Source of the DNA: an uncultured Eubacteriales bacterium
GTDB lineage: Bacteria; Bacillota; Clostridia; Oscillospirales; Acutalibacteraceae
Length of the DNA: 64,000 bases
Assembly: GCA_934643185.1 (NCBI GenBank)
Contig: CAKUBN010000008.1
Location: 627-64,626, forward strand
Direction: 5' to 3'
Positions 58,368 to 64,000 of the stretch are shown here, piece after piece. Both the position numbers and the translations under genes were made by a program. The number at the start of each line of letters is the position of its first letter. Within the stretch, counting starts at the first letter, position 1. The notes under the pieces are model-generated. The model was given only the letters and a program-made list of their open reading frames with translations. It was not told the DNA's origin and ran no database searches.

Positions 58368-60874
58368 GTGCCTGTACCCTGTGCCCGAGAAAGTGCGGCG
58401 TTGACCGCGAAGTCACGAATGGTTACTGCCAAAGCGGCAATAAAATGCACATTGCACGCGCAAAGCTCCATTACTGGGAGGAACCGCCCATCAGCGGTAT
58501 GCGCGGCAGCGGCACGATCTTTTTTACGGGCTGCTCGCTGCGCTGCGCGTTTTGCCAGAACAGCGAGATCTCCGGCGAAAGCGTACACGGTAAGGATTTT
58601 ACGGTCGAAGAATTCATCGAGACCGTGAAAAGCCTCGAAGCCATGGGCGCGCACAACATCAACCTCGTCACGCCGACGCACTTCGCGTCGCAGATCGCCG
58701 AAGCGCTGCGCATCTATAAACCGCACGTGCCGGTGGTGTACAACTGCGGCGGGTATGAATCGGTCGAGACGCTGCGCATGTTAGACGGGCTCATCGATAT
58801 TTATCTGCCGGACTTTAAATATGCAGACGACGACCTTGCTGTGCGGCTTTCGAATGCGCCGCACTACTGCGAAACGGCGCTCAACGCCATTCATGAAATG
58901 GTGCGCCAGATGGGCGAAAACGTGTACGATGAAAACGGCATGCTGCAAAAGGGCATCATCATCCGGCAGCTCATTTTGCCCGGCCACACGCGCAACTCCA
59001 TGCGGGCGCTGGAGCTTATCCAGCAGCATTTTCCGGGCGTGCCCGTGAGCCTGATGAGCCAGTACACGCCGATGGGCCGCGTGCTGCACGAGCCGGAATT
59101 TGCGGATATCAACCGCCGCATCACCCTGCGGGAGAGCCGCAAGGTACAAAATTATATGTTGGAACTGGGTTTGCCCGGCTTCTGCCAAAAGCGCAGCGCC
59201 GCCGGCGAACGTTATATACCGGATTTTACACAGTTTGACACGGTCAACTTAGGGGAGGAAAAATCCATGCAGACAACGATCCAGCTTCTTTCACCGATGG
59301 AAAAAGTCATGGCGCAGGAAGAAAAGACCTTTGCGCCGTACCCGAAGGCGAGCGCTTTGCGCAGAGAAGAGACCGCGTTTCAGGCCATCGTCACGGGCGA
59401 GGGCGAGCACTACATTGAGGTGCGCACCGATGCACCTGTTAAAGTGGCGGTGTACCGCGAGGGCTATGTGCCGTGCACGCTTTCCGCGTACCCGAACAGG
59501 TTCGATGATGACTACATCACAACAGAGCCGAGCACGTTCCCGGATGTGCTGTATCCCGTCACGGACGGCGCGGTGAACGTTCATGGCCGCGAAGTGCTGT
59601 GGGTGAGCCTCAAAGTCAAAGACGATGCCGCGGGAGGCGATTACCCCGTGGAGATCAGCGCAAACGGCAAAAGCGAAATTTTCCGCCTGACGGTCGTGCC
59701 GGTCGCATTGCCGGAGCAGAAGCTCACGTTTACGCAGTGGTTCCACGGCGACTGCATTGCAGTGCGCTACGGCGTGGAAATTTACTCGAAAGAACACTGG
59801 GCTTTGCTCGAAAAGTACATGCGCACGGCGGCGGAGCATGGCATGAACATGATCTTGACGCCGGTGTTCACCCCGGCGCTCGATACCGAGATCGGCAAGG
59901 AGCGCCCGTGCACGCAGCTTGTGGAGATCACAAAGGACGACGCAGGCTATCATTTCGACTTTGCAAAGCTCGCCCGCTGGGTAGAGACCGCGAAGGACTG
60001 CGGCATCAAGAAATTTGAAATTTCCCACTTTTTCACACAGTGGGGTGCAAAATGTGCGCCGAATATCTACGTTACCGAAAACGGCGAACGCACATTGAAA
60101 TTCGGCTGGCATACCTCTGCGACCGACCCGGAATATGCGGCGCTGCTGCACGCTTTGCTGCCGCAGCTGCTTCAGTTCTTTGAAGAAGCAGGCGTCGAAA
60201 AAAATGACCTCATGTTCCACATTTCGGACGAGCCGAGTGAGGAGCACAAGGCGGATTACTTAAAGGCGAAGGCGATCGTGGAGCCGTATCTGCCGGGCTG
60301 CATCCTGCGCGATGCGCTCTCGTCGTACGATTATTACACAGAGGGTCTTGTGCAGCACCCGGTGGTCGCGACAAACCACATTACGCCGTTCATCGAAAAC
60401 AATGTGCCGGATCTTTGGGCGTATACCTGCTGCAGCCAGTGCATCGACGTAGGCAACCGTTTCCTCGCAATGCCCTCAAACCGCAACCGCATTTTGGGCG
60501 TGCAGATGTGGAAGTATCACATTACAGGCTTCCTGCATTGGGGCTACAATTTCTGGAACACGCAGCTTTCCAAGGCTGTTATCGATCCATTCAAGGTGAC
60601 GGACGCAGGCGGCGCGTTCCCGGGCGGCGACGGCTTCTCTGTTTACCCCGGCGAAAACGGCCCGCTGCCGTCGCTGCGGCAAAAGGTTTTCGCCATGGCG
60701 CTTTATGACATGCGCGTCTTGTCGCTCGCTGAAGAAAAGCTTGGGCGCGAAAGCGTTTTAAAGCTGCTTAAAGACGGCGAAAACATGACATTTGCGGCGT
60801 ATCCGCGTGAAGCAGAGTACCTGCCCGCCATGCGCGAGCGCGTAAACGAAGCCATCGGAAACGCGTGCAAGTAA
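58364..60874 (+). CDS. Single ORF fusing a PflX-like radical-SAM activase domain (about 300 aa) to a DUF4091 (GH123-like) domain (about 535 aa)
   Basis: N-terminus: CPRKCGVDR...IARAKLHYWEEPPISG...FFTGCSLRCAFCQNSEIS. There is no stop before the in-frame ATG at 59267, which is itself preceded by GGGGAGG. The C-terminal part is DUF4091-like (recall). ATGA overlap with the upstream gene. Confidence 0.75.
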   Translation: MSACTLCPRKCGVDREVTNGYCQSGNKMHIARAKLHYWEEPPISGMRGSGTIFFTGCSLRCAFCQNSEISGESVHGKDFTVEEFIETVKSLEAMGAHNINLVTPTHFASQIAEALRIYKPHVPVVYNCGGYESVETLRMLDGLIDIYLPDFKYADDDLAVRLSNAPHYCETALNAIHEMVRQMGENVYDENGMLQKGIIIRQLILPGHTRNSMRALELIQQHFPGVPVSLMSQYTPMGRVLHEPEFADINRRITLRESRKVQNYMLELGLPGFCQKRSAAGERYIPDFTQFDTVNLGEEKSMQTTIQLLSPMEKVMAQEEKTFAPYPKASALRREETAFQAIVTGEGEHYIEVRTDAPVKVAVYREGYVPCTLSAYPNRFDDDYITTEPSTFPDVLYPVTDGAVNVHGREVLWVSLKVKDDAAGGDYPVEISANGKSEIFRLTVVPVALPEQKLTFTQWFHGDCIAVRYGVEIYSKEHWALLEKYMRTAAEHGMNMILTPVFTPALDTEIGKERPCTQLVEITKDDAGYHFDFAKLARWVETAKDCGIKKFEISHFFTQWGAKCAPNIYVTENGERTLKFGWHTSATDPEYAALLHALLPQLLQFFEEAGVEKNDLMFHISDEPSEEHKADYLKAKAIVEPYLPGCILRDALSSYDYYTEGLVQHPVVATNHITPFIENNVPDLWAYTCCSQCIDVGNRFLAMPSNRNRILGVQMWKYHITGFLHWGYNFWNTQLSKAVIDPFKVTDAGGAFPGGDGFSVYPGENGPLPSLRQKVFAMALYDMRVLSLAEEKLGRESVLKLLKDGENMTFAAYPREAEYLPAMRERVNEAIGNACK

Positions 60875-60996
60875 ATAAACTTTCTAAAGGCTGTCGTATC
60901 GGTTTCGGTGCGGCGGCCCTTTTTTCTGAAATTTACTCTACCCATATTTGTCATTTTGTGCTATGATGGATGAAAACAGAGAAAGGAATGACCGAA

Positions 60997-62298
60997 ATGG
61001 TAAAGACTTCTGAAACGACAAAAAAGCTGCTGAAGTTCATCGACGCTTCTCCGTCGTGCTTTCATGCGGTGAAAAATATATGTGCAATGCTGGAAGAGGC
61101 AGGCTGCGTGCGCCTGCTCGAAAACGAAAATTGGACGCTTGAAAAGGGCAAGCGCTATTTTACAACGCGCAACGGCTCCTCCGTTTTGGCGTTCTCCGTG
61201 CCGGAAAATTACAACGGCATGCAGATTGTCTCCGCGCACAGCGATTCCCCGACGTTCCGCGTAAAGAGCGGCGCGGAGATCACCGTAGAGGGTCACTACA
61301 AAAAGCTCAACACCGAAGGCTACGGCGGCATGATCCTTTCCACGTGGTTTGATCGTCCGCTGTCGCTTGCCGGCCGCGCCGTGGTGCGTACCGAAAGCGG
61401 CGTAAAGAGCGTGCTTTTGAACATCGACCGCGACCTGTGCATCATCCCAAGCCTTGCCATTCACATGACGCGCGGCATGGCAGACCACAAGTTAAACCCG
61501 CAGGTCGATCTGCTGCCCTTGCTCGGCGGCGAAAACGCCGATTATAACGCGCTCATCGCGGAAGAGGCAGGCGTTAAAAAGGAAGACGTCATTTCGAGCG
61601 ATATGTTCCTCTATCCGCGCCAGCACGGCGTTGTATTCGGCATGGAGAACGAATTTATTGCATCCCCGCGCCTCGACGACCTCCAGTGCGCGTTCTCCGC
61701 AACGGAAGCGTTTTTGAACGCGGAAAACAAAGAAAAGCTGCTCATCAGCGCCGTGTTCGATAACGAAGAAGTCGGCTCGCTGACAAAGCAGGGCGCAGAT
61801 TCCACGTTCCTCACGGATACCGTGCGTCGCATCGCTTCCGCGCTCAATATCCCCGAAGCGGAGTGGCTGCGCAAAATGCCGGATAGCTTCATGCTTTCCG
61901 CCGATAATGCCCATGCCGTGCACCCAAACTACACGGAAAAGTGTGACCAGACGAATCGCTGCTACTTAAACGGCGGCATCGTCATCAAGTACAGTGCAAA
62001 CCAGAAGTATACGACGGATTCTGTTTCCGCCGCCGTGTTTGGCGAGATCTGCCGTAAGGCTGAGGTGCCGGTGATGATCTTCCACAACCGCTCCGATATG
62101 GCGGGCGGTTCAACGCTCGGCAATATCTCAAACGGTCATCTGTCGCTCAACACGGTCGATATCGGCATCCCGCAGCTCGCGATGCACTCCTGCGTGGAAA
62201 CGGCGGGCGAAAAGGACACTGCGTACATGGTAAAGGCCATGACGGCGTTCTATAACGCGGATATCCGCCAGACGGCAGACGGCATGTACACGTTTTAA
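60997..62298 (+). CDS. M18-family aminopeptidase
   Basis: FIDASPSCFHAV...VSAHSDSPTFRVK...FDNEEVGS...IGIPQLAMHS. Start uncertain; 60970, 60988 and 60997 are all in frame, and 60997 has the best RBS spacing. Confidence 0.88.
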   Translation: MVKTSETTKKLLKFIDASPSCFHAVKNICAMLEEAGCVRLLENENWTLEKGKRYFTTRNGSSVLAFSVPENYNGMQIVSAHSDSPTFRVKSGAEITVEGHYKKLNTEGYGGMILSTWFDRPLSLAGRAVVRTESGVKSVLLNIDRDLCIIPSLAIHMTRGMADHKLNPQVDLLPLLGGENADYNALIAEEAGVKKEDVISSDMFLYPRQHGVVFGMENEFIASPRLDDLQCAFSATEAFLNAENKEKLLISAVFDNEEVGSLTKQGADSTFLTDTVRRIASALNIPEAEWLRKMPDSFMLSADNAHAVHPNYTEKCDQTNRCYLNGGIVIKYSANQKYTTDSVSAAVFGEICRKAEVPVMIFHNRSDMAGGSTLGNISNGHLSLNTVDIGIPQLAMHSCVETAGEKDTAYMVKAMTAFYNADIRQTADGMYTF

Positions 62299-62340
62299 GT
62301 TGCAATCGGCATAACTCTCTTGAAAGGAACGAATATAACA

Positions 62341-63645
62341 ATGTGGGCAGATGAAGCGGTGTTTTACCAGATCTATCCCTTGGGCTTTACCGGTGCGCCC
62401 ATGCCGAACGACGGCGTGTGCGTGAACCGCATTCAAAAGGTCAAAGGGTGGATTCCGCACCTGAAAAAGCTGCATATCGGCGCGGTGTATTTTTCCCCGG
62501 TGTTTGAATCGGACAACCACGGCTACGATACGCGTGATTTTACAAAAATAGACTGCCGCCTCGGCACGAATGAAGACTTCAAAGCCGTGTGCGATGCGCT
62601 GCACGAAAACGGCATCAAAGTTGTGCTCGACGGCGTGTTCAACCACGTGGGACGCGGCTTTTTTGCGTTCCGTGACGTGCAGGAGAAAAAGTGGGACTCT
62701 CCGTATAAAGACTGGTTTCACTTGAATTTCGACGGTAACAGCGCCTATAACGACGGCTTTTGGTACGAGGGCTGGGAGGGCCATTACGAGCTTGTCAAGC
62801 TCAATCTCTATAATCCCACCGTTGTCGAGTACCTTTTAAACTGCGTCGGCAGATGGATCGACGAATTCGGCATCGACGGCCTGCGTCTTGACGTGGCGTA
62901 CATGTTGAATGAAGATTTCATGCGCCGCCTGCGCGCGTACTGCGACGGCAAAAAGCCGGAGTTTGTGCTCATCGGCGAGATGATCCACGGCGATTACAAC
63001 CGTATCACCGCAGACGGCCTGCTGCACAGCGTGACGAACTACGAGTGCTACAAAGGGCTTTACTCTGCGTTCAATTCGATGAATCTCTTTGAGATTGCGC
63101 ATTCGCTCGGGCGGCAGTTCGGCCCGGAGCCGTGGACGCTGTACCGCGGCAAGCACCTGATGAATTTCGCCGATAACCACGACGTAACGCGCATCGCGAG
63201 CATTTTAAACGACGAAAAGCAAATTTACCCGCTGTACGGCGTGCTGTTTGCCATGCCGGGCATCCCGTGCCTCTATTACGGCAGCGAGTGGGGCGCAAAG
63301 GGCGAGAAGCATGAGGGTGATAACGCCCTGCGTCCGTGTTTTGATGCGCCCGTTGAAAACGAGCTCACCGCGTTCATCGAAAAGCTCGCAAAGGTGAAAA
63401 CCGAAAGCCGTGCGTTAAATTACGGCGATTATAAAAACATCACCATTCAGAATAAAAATCTGCTTTTTGAGCGCCATTGCGACGGCGAAACGGTGTTCGT
63501 TGCCGTCAACGCGGAAAACGCGCCGTGTTCTATCGATGCCCGCAGCGACTACAAAGCGGTCGACCTTTTAACGGGTGAGACGCTCGACATCCACGGCAGG
63601 ATAGAGCTGCCGCCGTATGGGGTTCAATATTTAAAGCTCGTCTAA
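62341..63645 (+). CDS. GH13 alpha-amylase-family glycosidase (intracellular, about 434 aa)
   Basis: AVFYQIYPLGF...DGVFNHVG...GIDGLRLDVA...LIGEMIHGD...NFADNHD are GH13 regions I-IV. Confidence 0.9.
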   Translation: MWADEAVFYQIYPLGFTGAPMPNDGVCVNRIQKVKGWIPHLKKLHIGAVYFSPVFESDNHGYDTRDFTKIDCRLGTNEDFKAVCDALHENGIKVVLDGVFNHVGRGFFAFRDVQEKKWDSPYKDWFHLNFDGNSAYNDGFWYEGWEGHYELVKLNLYNPTVVEYLLNCVGRWIDEFGIDGLRLDVAYMLNEDFMRRLRAYCDGKKPEFVLIGEMIHGDYNRITADGLLHSVTNYECYKGLYSAFNSMNLFEIAHSLGRQFGPEPWTLYRGKHLMNFADNHDVTRIASILNDEKQIYPLYGVLFAMPGIPCLYYGSEWGAKGEKHEGDNALRPCFDAPVENELTAFIEKLAKVKTESRALNYGDYKNITIQNKNLLFERHCDGETVFVAVNAENAPCSIDARSDYKAVDLLTGETLDIHGRIELPPYGVQYLKLV

Positions 63646-63660
63646 CCGAATAATCCACAA

Positions 63661-63698
63661 ACCGGGGACTTTGCCTTTGTGCAGGTCTCCGGTTTTTT
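63661..63698 (+). terminator. Rho-independent terminator after the GH13 gene
   Basis: accggggac...gtctccggt stem followed by TTTTTT. Confidence 0.7.
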
Positions 63699-63707
63699 CA
63701 TGTTTGA

Positions 63708-63741
63708 TTGACAAAAAACTTAAAAAGGATTATGGTATAAG
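63708..63741 (+). promoter_or_regulatory. Promoter of the leader/ABC-exporter unit (TTGACA, 17-nt spacer, TATGGT; also an extended -10 TGgTATAAG)
   Basis: TTGACA at 63708..63713, TATGGT at 63731..63736 and TGgTATAAG at 63733..63741. Confidence 0.45.
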
Positions 63742-63768
63742 AAATTTTAGCAGAGGAGGAACGTTATC

Positions 63769-63825
63769 ATGAAAGTCAGAAAGATCACACGCAAAGCCAT
63801 TATGCAGAGGGTGATCGAAGTATAA
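63769..63825 (+). CDS. Candidate 18-aa leader peptide upstream of the ABC exporter
   Basis: GAGGAGG RBS 8 nt before the ATG; MKVRKITRKAIMQRVIEV. Its 3' end (cagaggg, 63805..63811) can pair with ccctctg (63831..63837). Confidence 0.4.
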   Translation: MKVRKITRKAIMQRVIEV

Positions 63826-63858
63826 TTTTGCCCTCTGTAACCATTTACGGAGGATCGA

Positions 63859-64000
63859 ATGAAGTCTCAGTTCACAAAAGAAAGATTTAAAAAATTCCTG
63901 TCTTATTACAAACCGCACCGCAAAATCTTCATCATGGATATGTTTTTTGCGGGGCTCAGCTCGCTGACGGTCGTGCTGTTCCCGCTCGTTTCGGGTTACC
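63859..64000 (+). CDS. ABC-type exporter (fused TMD-NBD type), N-terminal 47 codons; continues beyond the window end
   Basis: GGAGGA RBS. MKSQFTKERFKKFLSYYKPHRKIFIMDMFFAGLSSLTVVLFPLVSGY is typical of the first TM helix of MsbA/BmrCD-like exporters. Confidence 0.65.
   Translation, partial: MKSQFTKERFKKFLSYYKPHRKIFIMDMFFAGLSSLTVVLFPLVSGY

Overview
Chromosomal segment with Clostridia-type gene content and GC-rich by eye; the taxon call is inference. Coding is dense on both strands and mostly housekeeping or carbohydrate use. I saw no rRNA, tRNA, CRISPR array, transposase, integrase or prophage genes.

Gene content, in order:
- htrA (partial) with an OmpR/histidine-kinase pair
- two MATE exporters
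- a 1052-aa double GT-C glycosyltransferase
- GH2 beta-galactosidase
- an AraR-type regulator with manA and a PfkB kinase
- a nucleoside-salvage operon (nudix-deoD-cdd-pdp), ppiB, xth
- an AraC/GH51/rhamnose cluster (rhaB-coaBC-rhaA-rhaD-fucO)
- a CsbB-like GT2 with YfhO
- dusB, polA, rlmA, a low-molecular-weight phosphatase, rimI, galT, mscL
- a ZIP transporter, a ribokinase-like kinase, typA
- an M18 aminopeptidase, a GH13 enzyme and a partial ABC exporter

Most interesting observations:
1. Two head-to-head MurT-like/GatD-like modules in which all three glutaminase-triad positions appear substituted. One module sits in an overlapping XRE-murT-gatD-DNA glycosylase operon. Near-identical inverted patches bracket the shared promoter region.
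2. A family of about 200-bp multi-hairpin intergenic repeats with compensatory stem changes. Copies occur solo, as inverted pairs around a conserved core, and as a deletion derivative.
3. Unusual fusions: GT-C + discoidin + PMT; exonuclease + Zn-ribbon + PgeF; radical SAM + DUF4091.
4. fucO is broken at an A5 homopolymer run and also carries an in-frame 27-bp tandem duplication.

All family calls come from reading the translations and recalling motifs. No database search was run.
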